64,000 nt of DNA from Vicinamibacteria bacterium (GTDB taxonomy: Bacteria; Acidobacteriota; Vicinamibacteria; Marinacidobacterales; Marinacidobacteraceae): the NCBI GenBank assembly GCA_963668695.2, contig CAXXLQ010000004.1, forward strand, positions 448,001-512,000, read 5' to 3'. Each line of letters starts with the position of its first letter. The first letter of the stretch is position 1. This document shows positions 1 through 9,811 of this stretch, piece after piece. The notes under the pieces are model-generated. The model searched no databases. It had not been told where the DNA came from and was given only the letters and a program-made list of their open reading frames with translations. The position numbers and the translations under genes were made by a program.

Positions 1-67
1 GGAGGAAAGCGGCCCGCCGCCCGGGGCCGCCGACGCGGCTGCCGGCCCGATCGGCGCCGCCGCACTG

Positions 68-1912
68 ATGGACCTTCGAGCCGCGGTCGGGGGAAGTCGT
101 TCCCCGCAATGGGCGCCGGACGGATCCCTGATCACATTCGTGTCGGCCGCGGGCGACCTCGCCGGCGTGGACCCCGAGGACAGGTCGTTCCGGATTCTCA
201 CCCGGGACCTGACGCTCAGCGGGGTGGGATCGCTGGGGGCCCCGCAGCCGGTCTGGTCGCCCGACGGGCGCTTCGTCGCCTACACCTCCGACCGCGACGG
301 CGCGCCGGACATCTGGCTGTGGTCGGCCAAGGAGGGTACGGACCGGCGGCTCACCCGGCTCTCGGCGCGGGCGAACGGGCTCGCCTGGTCTCCGGACGGG
401 GCATGGATCGCGTTCGCCGGCGACCGGTTCGGCAACATGGACATCTGGAAGGTGTCGGTCGCCGGGGGAGAGGTGCACCGGCTGACCAGCGACCCGCTCT
501 ACGAGGGGTATCCGAGCTGGGCCCCGGATTCCGGGGCGCTCTTCTACGTGCGCATGGACGACCGCTGGGTGGATCACGACGTGATCGAGATCACCCCCGA
601 CGGCCGGAATCCGCGCACCGTGGTGGCGGACCGCGGCTTTTTCGACTACCGCGCGGGCCGGTCGTTCGGCGCCGTCCAACCGTCGCCCGACGGCGAGCAC
701 CTGCTCTTCCGCTCCCAGCGCAGCGGCTGGCTGAACTTCTGGATCGCGCCCCGCACGGGGGGTGAGCCCCGGCCCCTGGCGGCTTCGAACCATGACCAGA
801 GCGACGCCCGCTGGTCGCCCGACGGCGCCTGGGTCAGCTACACCGAGAACCAGGGCGGCGTGCATTCCCTGCGGCTGGCGGCGGCGGACGGGTCCGGGGG
901 CCGGACTCTCGTGGAGCGGGAGGCCGGAGCGGCGCTCCGTCCTGAGTGGTCGCCCGAGGGGAACCGGATCAGCTACACCTTCGAGACCCCGGCGCGTCCC
1001 ACGGAGCTTTTCGTGCTCGACGTCGCTTCGGGAGAGAGCGCGCTGGTGCACAGCGAAATCGGCCAGGACGCCAACCCCCGAATCCGGCTCCCCGAAAAAA
1101 TCCGCTACCCGAGCACCGACGGCCTCACCATCGAGGCCTACCTGCACCGGCCGCCGGACGCAGCTCCCGGCGAACGCTTCCCCGGCCTGCTCTGGATCCA
1201 CGGCGGACCCACGTCCCAGTTCGACAACCAGTTCCGGCGGCATCAGCAGGTCCACTTCTTCGCCCAGCGCGGTTACGTCGTGCTCATGCCGAACATTCGC
1301 GGCAGTTCCGGCTACGGCCTCGCCTTCGAGGACCTCAACAACGGTTGCTGGGGACACTGCGACCTCGAGGATGTCCTCGCGGGGGTGGATTACCTGAAGG
1401 GCCGTTCCGACGTGGACCGCGACCGGATCGGGATCACCGGAACCAGCTACGGCGGGATCATGACCATGGCGGCGGTCGCCTTCGCCCCCGGGGTCTTCCA
1501 GGCGGCCGTCTCGCTGTCGGGCTACGGCGACATGACCGAGTTCCACACCACGGTCCAGGAGCTCCAGCACATCAAGCTGCTCGAGTACGAACTCGGCCCG
1601 TATCCCGAAAACCGCGAGACCTACCGGAACAGCTCCGCCATCCTGAAGGCGCACCAGGTCACGACGCCGACCTTCGTGATCCAGGGTGAAGGAGTGGCGG
1701 CCGGCTGGCGGATTCGCGAAGGCCAACCGCAGGCCGCGCTGAACTTCGCGCGCAAACTCGACCAGTACTACAAGATCGTGCGATACAAGGCGTATCCGGA
1801 TGAGGGGTATTACGTGTACGGGAGGGAGAACACGATCCGGAAACTCCGCGACATGCTGAATTTCTTCGAGGAGTTCCTGACCACCGACATCCGGTACCCC
1901 GCCGGGGAGTAA
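68..1912 (+). CDS. S9 (prolyl oligopeptidase-like) family protein with N-terminal PD40/TolB-like repeats; may start upstream of the window
   Basis: Repeated WSPDG motifs, HGGP, nucleophile elbow GTSYGG; the usual catalytic His motif (EGH) reads EGY. Confidence 0.85.
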   Translation: MDLRAAVGGSRSPQWAPDGSLITFVSAAGDLAGVDPEDRSFRILTRDLTLSGVGSLGAPQPVWSPDGRFVAYTSDRDGAPDIWLWSAKEGTDRRLTRLSARANGLAWSPDGAWIAFAGDRFGNMDIWKVSVAGGEVHRLTSDPLYEGYPSWAPDSGALFYVRMDDRWVDHDVIEITPDGRNPRTVVADRGFFDYRAGRSFGAVQPSPDGEHLLFRSQRSGWLNFWIAPRTGGEPRPLAASNHDQSDARWSPDGAWVSYTENQGGVHSLRLAAADGSGGRTLVEREAGAALRPEWSPEGNRISYTFETPARPTELFVLDVASGESALVHSEIGQDANPRIRLPEKIRYPSTDGLTIEAYLHRPPDAAPGERFPGLLWIHGGPTSQFDNQFRRHQQVHFFAQRGYVVLMPNIRGSSGYGLAFEDLNNGCWGHCDLEDVLAGVDYLKGRSDVDRDRIGITGTSYGGIMTMAAVAFAPGVFQAAVSLSGYGDMTEFHTTVQELQHIKLLEYELGPYPENRETYRNSSAILKAHQVTTPTFVIQGEGVAAGWRIREGQPQAALNFARKLDQYYKIVRYKAYPDEGYYVYGRENTIRKLRDMLNFFEEFLTTDIRYPAGE

Positions 1913-1982
1913 ACCCGGCCGCACCCGTCCCGCCCCCGGCGGCGCGAGCGCGGCGCAGCGGGGGTGCCGGAGGTGCCCGTCC

Positions 1983-4040
1983 CTACTGCGGCTCCCCCAG
2001 GTTCACCGGCTCCGGATCCACGAGCTTGACCGCCCAGAGCCCCGAATTGTGGTCGGCGACGAAGATGTGGCCCTTGTAGGGCTGCGGTCCCCAGACCATC
2101 GGCGAGTTCGGGATGAAGCTCTCCGGATCCTGCGGCCGGAAGACCGCGATCTCACGCCCCTGGCGGTAGAGGTCGCCGCGGAGTTCGCCGGAGATGTCCA
2201 CCACCCGCAGGCCGCCGTTGTAGTAGCCGATGTAGAGGATGTCGTCCTCGATCCACAGGTTGTGGGTTCCGGCCTCGGGGACCTGGTAGCGCGCCACCTC
2301 GCGGGCCTCCTTCCAATCGTCCCACTCGAAGACGTGGATCCAGCCGGCCGCCCGATCCGGCGTCCCTTCCTCGCCCATCGTCTGGTACGGGAACGCCTCG
2401 TCGCCGCCGATCATCAGGAACTTCCCGGTGGACTGGCTCCGGTACGGATAGGCGGCGTGGTTCCAGCCGCTCGGATACGGGGTGCTCCCGAGCAACACCG
2501 GGTTGTTCGGAGCGCCGCCCTTGCCGCCGCCGCCCACGTCCACCGCGACGATTCCGTCATCCCAGTTCGAGGAGTAGGCAATCCCGTCCACCACCCACAC
2601 GTCGTGGATGGAGTGGCCCGGGGTATCCAGCTCGAAACGCCCGACCCGGTAGGGGTTTTCCGGATCCTCGGCGTTCAGGATGTCGAAGCGCCGGCCCGCG
2701 GAGAGGGCGTAGATGTGCTCCTCCGCAATGAAGACGTTGTGGACCCCGCCGGTGAGCTGGTCGTCGTAGCGGGCGATGACCTCGATCCCGTTCTGCGGGT
2801 CGCTCACGTCCAGGATCACGAGCCCGTTCTTCCGGTTCGAAGCTCCCTCGCGGCTGATCACGCAGAACTTTCCGTCTTCGGAAACCTTGACGTCGTTGAC
2901 GGTCCGGGCGTCCACCCGCACCGTGTCAACGAGTGACATCGCGGAGGGATCGGTGACGTCCCAGAAATAAGCGTGGCCGTCGGCGCCCCAGGTGCCGGTA
3001 ACCGCGTAGTCCCGGCCGTCGACGCCCTCCCAGACCCAGAGGTCCGAGGTGTGCCGGTCGCGGACGGGGCCCTGCCCCACGATCTCCACGTCCTTCCGGA
3101 CGTTCCGCGCCACCACCGCCACCGTGGCGCTCGCCGACTGCGTGAATCCGTCGGCGATGACGGTGTGCGTCCCCGAGCGCTCCGCCACGAACGCGCCCTC
3201 CTCGTCCACCTGGCCGATGGCGCCCGGCGCCACGATCCCGTCCGCCGGAATCCCGAAGGTCGCGAACTGAATGGGATAGTCCGGCACCGCGTTCCCGGAG
3301 GCGTCGGTCACGCTCGCCTCGAAAAACACCACGTCCCCGGTCGGCACCGCCTCCGCGGGCGCGCCGGTCAGGGTGATCGAGGCGACCGGGTTCGGAAGCA
3401 CCTCGATCCCGACATCGGTCGAAGCCTCCTCGGCGGACACCGTGAGGGTCGTCCGGCCGGCGCCCGCCAGAGTGAGCATCCCGAGAGCGTCCACCCCGGC
3501 TACCGACGGATCGGCGCTACTCCAGCGGACCTCCACGTCGTCGCGGGTGGCGCCCGCGGTGTCGGTGACCAGCGAGCGGAGGCCGATCTCGGTCCCGGCG
3601 TAGAGATGGCCGGGCAGGTTCGCGACCTCTACCGACGCCACCGGCGGGTTCGGGATCGTCACCGGAATCTCCACCATGACGGCCGACTCGGCGCGGCGGT
3701 CGGTGTGCTCCGGGTTCCTCGGCACCATGGCGATCAGCGTGTGCTCGCCGGGCCGAAAGGCCTCCACGATCCCGGCGGGATTCACCCCGACCGAGCGGCG
3801 GCTCCGCGAGAAGAAGACCACGGTGCGGTCCATTACGTTGCCGTCGGCGTCGCGCACCTCGGCCTCGAGGGTGGCGTTCGCTCCCACCTCGAGCGTCAGT
3901 TCGCTCGGGGTGATGACGAGTTCGGTGGGCTCGGGGCCGGTGGCCTCCTCGGCTTCCTCCTGCGCGAACGCGGGGAGGGCGAGGAGGAGCAGCGCGACGG
4001 CCGCGACGGGGATGAGTTGGAGGCGGAAGGTTCGGGTCAT
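1983..4040 (-). CDS. Secreted Ig-like (Big_2-type) plus LVIVD-repeat beta-propeller protein, paralog 1
   Basis: Signal peptide MTRTFRLQ...LPAFAQ, Ig-like repeats (WSSADPSVA), LVILDVSDP and LRVVDIS repeats; start moved to ATG 4040. Confidence 0.8.
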   Translation of the reverse strand: MTRTFRLQLIPVAAVALLLLALPAFAQEEAEEATGPEPTELVITPSELTLEVGANATLEAEVRDADGNVMDRTVVFFSRSRRSVGVNPAGIVEAFRPGEHTLIAMVPRNPEHTDRRAESAVMVEIPVTIPNPPVASVEVANLPGHLYAGTEIGLRSLVTDTAGATRDDVEVRWSSADPSVAGVDALGMLTLAGAGRTTLTVSAEEASTDVGIEVLPNPVASITLTGAPAEAVPTGDVVFFEASVTDASGNAVPDYPIQFATFGIPADGIVAPGAIGQVDEEGAFVAERSGTHTVIADGFTQSASATVAVVARNVRKDVEIVGQGPVRDRHTSDLWVWEGVDGRDYAVTGTWGADGHAYFWDVTDPSAMSLVDTVRVDARTVNDVKVSEDGKFCVISREGASNRKNGLVILDVSDPQNGIEVIARYDDQLTGGVHNVFIAEEHIYALSAGRRFDILNAEDPENPYRVGRFELDTPGHSIHDVWVVDGIAYSSNWDDGIVAVDVGGGGKGGAPNNPVLLGSTPYPSGWNHAAYPYRSQSTGKFLMIGGDEAFPYQTMGEEGTPDRAAGWIHVFEWDDWKEAREVARYQVPEAGTHNLWIEDDILYIGYYNGGLRVVDISGELRGDLYRQGREIAVFRPQDPESFIPNSPMVWGPQPYKGHIFVADHNSGLWAVKLVDPEPVNLGEPQ

Positions 4041-4144
4041 GGTGCAGCGAGGGCCGGAATGCGGTCCCCCATGACCGGGGAATATACGCGCCTCGCGAGC
4101 GCGACACCGCACGTGTACGGTGGAGGTGCAAGCAGGTTTCGTCG

Positions 4145-4342
4145 GTGGTGGCGCTGGTTCAGCCAATGACCCAAAATGCAGCCATGAGAACGGATCTGCC
4201 GAACTTCGCCACCAAACAGGACCTGGCCGATCTGCGGCTGGAGATTGCCGAGCGCGACGCGAGCATCTACAGGTGGATGGTGTATGGAGCGCTGTTTGTT
4301 AACGCAGCACTCATCGCCATTTTCGTGAAGTTGTTGTCCTGA
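4145..4342 (+). CDS. Small coiled-coil membrane-anchored protein (DUF1640/CCDC90-like)
   Basis: FATKQDLADLR motif followed by a C-terminal hydrophobic helix. Confidence 0.6.
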   Translation: MVALVQPMTQNAAMRTDLPNFATKQDLADLRLEIAERDASIYRWMVYGALFVNAALIAIFVKLLS

Positions 4343-4389
4343 CGGGCGCGATCGGGCTCCGAGCACCGAGCACACGCCCGCCTCAGGCA

Positions 4390-4610
4390 CGCGATGCCGA
4401 CTTGGATGGCGGCCCCAGTTCTCCCGCTGGGGACCCTTGCCGGTGGTGCCATCCAGCCCGACAGCGGGCCGCTGTGCCGGCCCCCACCCGGAGAACTGGC
4501 CAGAGGTCGGCCCAGTCCTCCCGGTGGGGGCTCCCTGTCCGGTGCGCCACCCGTTTGAGGCGCGGCGCGCAAGCATCACCCGCCGCGCGGCGGGCGATGC
4601 CGGCCTGATT
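4390..4610. repeat. Cluster of REP-like hairpins carrying three 18-bp units
   Basis: TGCCGGCC..GAGGTCGGC-type palindromes interrupted by 18-mer variants at 4415, 4482 and 4512. Confidence 0.7.
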
Positions 4611-4617
4611 CCTTCCC

Positions 4618-6672
4618 CTACTGGGGTTCGCCCATGTTCACCGGTTCGGCGTCCACCAGCTTGACCGCCCAGAGCCCCGAGGTGTTGTCGGCGAGGAAGA
4701 TGTGGCCCTTGTAGGGCTGCGGTCCCCAGACGAACGGTGCGTTCGGCTTTAGGGTTTCGGGGTCGAACGGGCGGAACATCGCGATCTCGCGGCCCTGCCG
4801 GTAGAGGTCACCTCGCATCTCGCCGGAAATATCCACCACCCGCAGGCCGCCGTTGTAGTAGGCGATGTAGAGGATGTCGTCCTCGACCCACAGGTTGTGG
4901 GTTCCGGCCTCCGGCACCTGGTAGCGCGCCACCTCGCGGGGACTCTCCCACTCGTCCCACTCGAAGATGTGGATCCAGCCGGCCGCCCGGCGCGGGGCCC
5001 GCTCGTCCTCCATCAACTGGTACGGGAACGCCTCGTCGCCCCCGATCATCAGGAACTTGCCGGTGGACTTGCTGCGGTAGGGATAGGCGGCATGGTTCCA
5101 GCCGCTCGGGTAGGGCGTCTTGCCGAGCATCACCGGGTTGTTCGGCGCCCCGCCCTTGCCGCCGCCGCCCACGTCAACCGCAACGACCCCGTCGTTCCAG
5201 TTGGACGAATAGGCGATGCCCTCGTGGACCCACACGTCGTGGATCGAATGCCCGGGGGTGTCCAGCTCGAAGCGCCCCACCCGGTACGGGTTCGTCGGAT
5301 CCTCGGCGTTCAGGATGTCGAAACGCCGGCCCGCCGAGAGTGCGTAGATGTGGTCTTCCGCGATGAAGACATTGTGGACCCCACCGGTGAGCTGGTCGTC
5401 ATAGCGGGCGATCACCTCGATGCCGTTCTGCAGGTCGCTGACGTCGAGGATCACCAGACCGTTCTTCCGGTTCGAGGCGCCTTCCCGGCTGATCACGCAG
5501 AACTTCGCGTCCGCCGAAACCTTCACGTCGTTCACCGTCCGGGCGTCCACCCGAACCGTGTCGATGAGCGAGATCGCCGAGGGATCGGTGACGTCCCAGA
5601 AATAGGCATGGCCGTCGGCGCTGTGGGTCCCGGTCACGGCATAGTCCCGGCCGTCGGTGCCCTCCCAGACCCAGAGGTCCGAGGTGCGGCGATCGCGGAC
5701 CGGGCCCCGTCCCACGACCTCGACGTCCTTCCTCACGTTCCTGGACACGACTGCGACCGTCGCGCTCGCCGAGTCGGTGAACCCGTCCACGATCACCGTA
5801 TGGGTTCCCGACCGCTCCGCCACGAAGGCGCCCTCTTCATCGACCTGGCCGATGGCCCCGGGCGCCACGATCCCATCCGCCGGAATCCCGAAAGTGGCGA
5901 ACTGCACCGGGTAGTCCGGCACCTCGTTCCCGGAGGCGTCCGTGACCTTGGCCTCGAAGAACACCACGTCCCCGGTCCGCACCGCCGCGGCCGGCGCCCC
6001 GCTCAGCGTGATCGAGGCGACCGGGTTCGCGAGCACTTCGATCGTCGCGTCGCTCGAAGCCTCCTCGGCGGATACCGTCAGGGTCGTCCGCCCGGCGCCC
6101 ACCAGGGTGAGCACCCCGAGGGAATCCACGCTCGCCACCGACGGATCGGCGCTGCTCCAGCCCACCCCCACGTCGTTGCGCACGGCGCCCGAGATGTCGG
6201 TGACCACCGGGCGGAGCCCGATCTCGGTCCCCGCGTAGAGGTGGCCGGGAAGATTCGCGACCTCCACCGAAGCCACTGGCGGGTTGGGGATGGTTACCGG
6301 GATCTCCACCATGACCGCGGGCTCGGCGCGGCGATCGATGTCCTCCGGATCCTTGGGCACCATGGCGATCAGGGTGTGCTCGCCGGGCTGGTAGGCCTCG
6401 ACCATACCCGCCGGGTTGACGCCGACCGAACGGCGCCGGCGCGAATAGAACACCACCGTGCGGTCCATCAGGTTGCCGTCGCTGTCCCGGACTGCTGCCT
6501 CGAGCGTCAGCTTGTCCCCGACCTCGAGTTCGAGTTCGGACGGGGTGATGATGAGTTCGGCGGGTTGCGGGCCGGTTTCCGCTTCCTCTTCCTGGGCGAA
6601 CGCGGGGAGGGCGAGGAGGAGAAGCGCGGCGGCGGCAACGGGAATGGCGTGGAAGCGGAGTGTTCGGGTCAT
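4618..6672 (-). CDS. Secreted Ig-like plus LVIVD-repeat protein, paralog 2
   Basis: Highly similar to paralog 1; true start MTRTLRFH at 6672 (the ORF-track extension runs through a MITE). Confidence 0.8.
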   Translation of the reverse strand: MTRTLRFHAIPVAAAALLLLALPAFAQEEEAETGPQPAELIITPSELELEVGDKLTLEAAVRDSDGNLMDRTVVFYSRRRRSVGVNPAGMVEAYQPGEHTLIAMVPKDPEDIDRRAEPAVMVEIPVTIPNPPVASVEVANLPGHLYAGTEIGLRPVVTDISGAVRNDVGVGWSSADPSVASVDSLGVLTLVGAGRTTLTVSAEEASSDATIEVLANPVASITLSGAPAAAVRTGDVVFFEAKVTDASGNEVPDYPVQFATFGIPADGIVAPGAIGQVDEEGAFVAERSGTHTVIVDGFTDSASATVAVVSRNVRKDVEVVGRGPVRDRRTSDLWVWEGTDGRDYAVTGTHSADGHAYFWDVTDPSAISLIDTVRVDARTVNDVKVSADAKFCVISREGASNRKNGLVILDVSDLQNGIEVIARYDDQLTGGVHNVFIAEDHIYALSAGRRFDILNAEDPTNPYRVGRFELDTPGHSIHDVWVHEGIAYSSNWNDGVVAVDVGGGGKGGAPNNPVMLGKTPYPSGWNHAAYPYRSKSTGKFLMIGGDEAFPYQLMEDERAPRRAAGWIHIFEWDEWESPREVARYQVPEAGTHNLWVEDDILYIAYYNGGLRVVDISGEMRGDLYRQGREIAMFRPFDPETLKPNAPFVWGPQPYKGHIFLADNTSGLWAVKLVDAEPVNMGEPQ

Positions 6673-6789
6673 GGTTACGCGGTCCCTCTGTGCACCGGAA
6701 TATACGTCCGCGTGGAAAGGGTCCACTTTCGCGCCGACTTTTCCACACAACCCTGCCGTAGCGGGAAGACCAGGGCGGGAATTCCGTCT

Positions 6790-7407
6790 ATGGGAGTAAC
6801 GGAAGACGCCCCGGTCTTCCGGACGCCGCTTCCGCCCGGAGGAGTCCCGATGCCCCAGCCTGCACCGCAACCACCCGGTCCCGAACCGAAACCGTCCCAG
6901 CCGCCGGTGGACTCGCCGCCCAAGCCGGCGCCAAGGAACGCCCTTTTTCACACGCTGCTGGAAGCCGGCTTCGATCCGCCGATTGCCGAGCAGCCTGTGG
7001 ACAAAGTGACGTGAGCGCCGAGGCCGGCGAGGCGCCCGGCTGACAAGGCGCGCGAGGGAGGAATACCGAGTGTATTCCGACTGAAGCGCAACGATGAGCG
7101 ACGCGCAGCGGCGCGGTTCAGCCGGGATGGATCGCCGGCCGAACGCCGCGTGACTCTGTTCACAGGTTGCTAGACTGCGGAAACGCAGATGAACGCCATG
7201 ACTTCGGAGACCGTCGCCGCACATGTGCAGCCGCTCGTCACGGAGTTGCGGCAGTTGCGCGAAAACATGGTCACGAAAGCGGACTTGGCCGGGTTCGCGA
7301 CCAAAGCGGATCTAGCTGGCCTGGAAACGCGGATGACCAAGTGGATGTTCGGGGCGCTGACGGCTCAGGCGGCGCTCATCATCGCCATCATCAAGCTGTT
7401 GCCCTGA
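6790..7407 (+). pseudogene. DUF1640-like coiled-coil gene interrupted by a MITE; the 3' part (7189-7407) may still be expressed
   Basis: Upstream LFHTLLEAGFDPPIA and downstream TAETQMNAM...VTKADLAGFATKADL...TM helix lie in the same frame on either side of the MITE, with in-frame stops at 7012 and 7171. Confidence 0.6.
6991..7169. mobile_element. MITE family A, empty copy (179 bp)
   Basis: TIRs CAGCCTGTG/CACAGGTTG; shared core GGCTGACAAGGCGCGCGAGGGAGGAATACC. Confidence 0.85.
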
Positions 7408-7449
7408 GGGCCGTCGCCGGAACGGCGGGCACCGTAGGAGCAGCGCAAT

Positions 7450-7625
7450 CGGCGCTGGTTTCGCGCTCCCGCGCGATGCCGGCCGGAGGCCGGCCCAGTT
7501 CTCCCGGTGGGGGCTCCAAGCCGTCCCCGCGCTTCTGCGCGGTTGGCGATGCGCGATCTCGCTGCGCTTTGCGCAGCGGTGCTGGCCAGTTCTCCCGGTG
7601 GGGGCGTGAACACCGGCGTTCCCTC
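7450..7625. repeat. BIME-like unit of REP-like hairpins with two 18-bp units
   Basis: Similar to 57130-57285 and 33958-34030; 18-mers at 7495 and 7586. Confidence 0.7.
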
Positions 7626-7706
7626 TACCGCGCTGCCAAGTGGCTGAGCCGCAGCACGCGGGGATCACCAGCCTGACGGCGGGCGATCCCAGTCTGAGCT
7701 TTTCCC

Positions 7707-9785
7707 CTACTCGGGCTCTCCCATGTTCACCGGTTCGGGGTCCACGAGCTTCACCGCCCAAAGTCCCGAGTTCATGTCGGCCACGAAGATGTGGCCCTTG
7801 TAGGGCTGCGGTCCCCAGACCATCGGCGCGTTCGGGACCCGGCTTTCGGGGTCGAACGGACGGAACATCGCGATCTCGCGGCCCTGCCGGTAGAGGTCGC
7901 CCCGCAGCTCGCCGGAGATGTCCACCACCCGCAGGCCGCCGTTGTAGTAGCCGATATAGAGAACGTCGTCCTCGACCCACAGGTTGTGGGACCCGGCCTC
8001 GGGCACCTGGTAGCGGGCCACCTCGCGGGCGCTGTCCCACTCGTCCCATTCGAAGACGTGGATCCAGCCGGCGGCCCGCCCCGGGGTGCGCTCCTCGCGC
8101 ATGGTCTGGTACGGGAACGCCTCGTCCCCCCCGATCATCAGGAACTTGCCCGTGGACTTGCTCCGGTAGGGATAGGCGGCGTGGTTCCAGCCGCTCGGAT
8201 ACGGGGTGTTCCCCAGCAGCACCGGGTTGTTCGGGGCGCCGCCCTTGCCGCCGCCGCCGACGTCCACCGCCACCACGCCGTCGTTCCAGTTGGACGAATA
8301 GGCGATCCCCTCGTGGACCCACACGTCGTGGATCGAGTGGCCCGGGGTGTCCATCTCGAAACGCCCCACCCGGTAGGGGTTTTCCGGATCCTCGGCGTTC
8401 AGGATGTCGAAGCGCCGGCCCGCGGAGAGGGCGTAGATGTGCTCCTCCGCAATGAAGACGTTGTGGACCCCGCCGGTGAGCTGGTCGTCGTAGCGGGCGA
8501 TGACCTCGATCCCGTTCTGCGGGTCGCTCACGTCCAGGATCACGAGCCCGTTCTTCCGGTTCGAAGCACCCTCCCGGCTGATCACGCAGAACTTCCCGTC
8601 CTCCGAGACCTTCACGTCGTTCACGGTCCGGGCGTCCACCCGCACCATGTCGATGAGGCTGATCGCCGAGGGATCGGTGACGTCCCAGAAGTAGGCGTGC
8701 CCGTCGGCGCTGTGCGTCCCGGTCACGGCGTAGTCCCGGCCGTCAACGCCCTCCCAGACCCACAGATCCGAGGTGCGCCGGTCGCGGACGGGGCCCCGCC
8801 CCACGATCTCGACATCCTTCCGCACCTTCCGCGCCACCACCGCCACCGTCGCGCTTGCCGACTCGGTGAAGCCGTCGGCGATCACGGTGTGGGTGCCCGA
8901 ACGCTCCGCCACGAAGGCGCCCGCCTCGTCCACCTGGCCGATGGCGCCCGGCGCCACGATGCCGTCCGTCGGGACCCCGAAGGTCGCGAACTGCACCGGG
9001 TAATCCGGCACCTCGTTTCCGGAAGCGTCCATCACTCTCGCCTCCAAAAACACCACGTCCCCGGTCCGCACCGCGTCATCCGGCGCCCCGCTGAGGGTGA
9101 TCGAGGCCACCGGGTTGGCGAGCACCTCGATCGCGGCGTCGCTCGACGCCTCCTCGGCGGAGACGGTGAGGGTCGTTCGGCCGGCGCCCATCAGGGTGAG
9201 CACCCCGAGGGAATCCACGCTCGCCACCGACGAATCGGCGGTCGTCCAGCCCACTTCCACGTCGTTCCGGACGGCGCCCGAGATGTCGGTGACCACCGGG
9301 CGGAGCCCGATCTCGGTCCCCGTGTAGAGGTGGCCCGGCATGTTGGCTACCTCGACCGTAGCCACCGGAGGGTTGGGGATGGTTACCGGGATCTCCACCG
9401 TGACCGCGGGCTCGGCGCGCCGGTGGGTGTCCTCCGGATCCTTCGGCACCATGGCGATCAGGACGTGCTCGCCGGGCTGGTAGGCCTCGACCACCCCCGC
9501 GGGGTTCACGCCCACCGACCGGCGGCGGCGCGAGAAGAAGACCACCGCGCGATCCATCGGGTTGCCTTCGCTGTCCCGGACCTCGGATTGGAGCGTCAGC
9601 GAGTCGCCGACCTCGAGCTCGACCTCGGACGGCGTGATGATGAGTTCAGCGGGCTGCGGGCCAACCTCGGTTTCTCCTCCTTCGGCTTCTTCTTCTTCCT
9701 GGGCAAGCGCGAATCCGGGCGCCACCAGAGCACAAAGAAGGACGGCGGACAGCCGCAGCCACGGGTTCGAATTCCTGAGAGTCAT
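7707..9785 (-). CDS. Secreted Ig-like plus LVIVD-repeat protein, paralog 3
   Basis: Signal peptide, RBS GAGGAG upstream, propeller region nearly identical to paralogs 1 and 2. Confidence 0.85.
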   Translation of the reverse strand: MTLRNSNPWLRLSAVLLCALVAPGFALAQEEEEAEGGETEVGPQPAELIITPSEVELEVGDSLTLQSEVRDSEGNPMDRAVVFFSRRRRSVGVNPAGVVEAYQPGEHVLIAMVPKDPEDTHRRAEPAVTVEIPVTIPNPPVATVEVANMPGHLYTGTEIGLRPVVTDISGAVRNDVEVGWTTADSSVASVDSLGVLTLMGAGRTTLTVSAEEASSDAAIEVLANPVASITLSGAPDDAVRTGDVVFLEARVMDASGNEVPDYPVQFATFGVPTDGIVAPGAIGQVDEAGAFVAERSGTHTVIADGFTESASATVAVVARKVRKDVEIVGRGPVRDRRTSDLWVWEGVDGRDYAVTGTHSADGHAYFWDVTDPSAISLIDMVRVDARTVNDVKVSEDGKFCVISREGASNRKNGLVILDVSDPQNGIEVIARYDDQLTGGVHNVFIAEEHIYALSAGRRFDILNAEDPENPYRVGRFEMDTPGHSIHDVWVHEGIAYSSNWNDGVVAVDVGGGGKGGAPNNPVLLGNTPYPSGWNHAAYPYRSKSTGKFLMIGGDEAFPYQTMREERTPGRAAGWIHVFEWDEWDSAREVARYQVPEAGSHNLWVEDDVLYIGYYNGGLRVVDISGELRGDLYRQGREIAMFRPFDPESRVPNAPMVWGPQPYKGHIFVADMNSGLWAVKLVDPEPVNMGEPE

Positions 9786-9811
9786 TGTTTCCTCTCCTCC
9801 TCAGCGAGACC

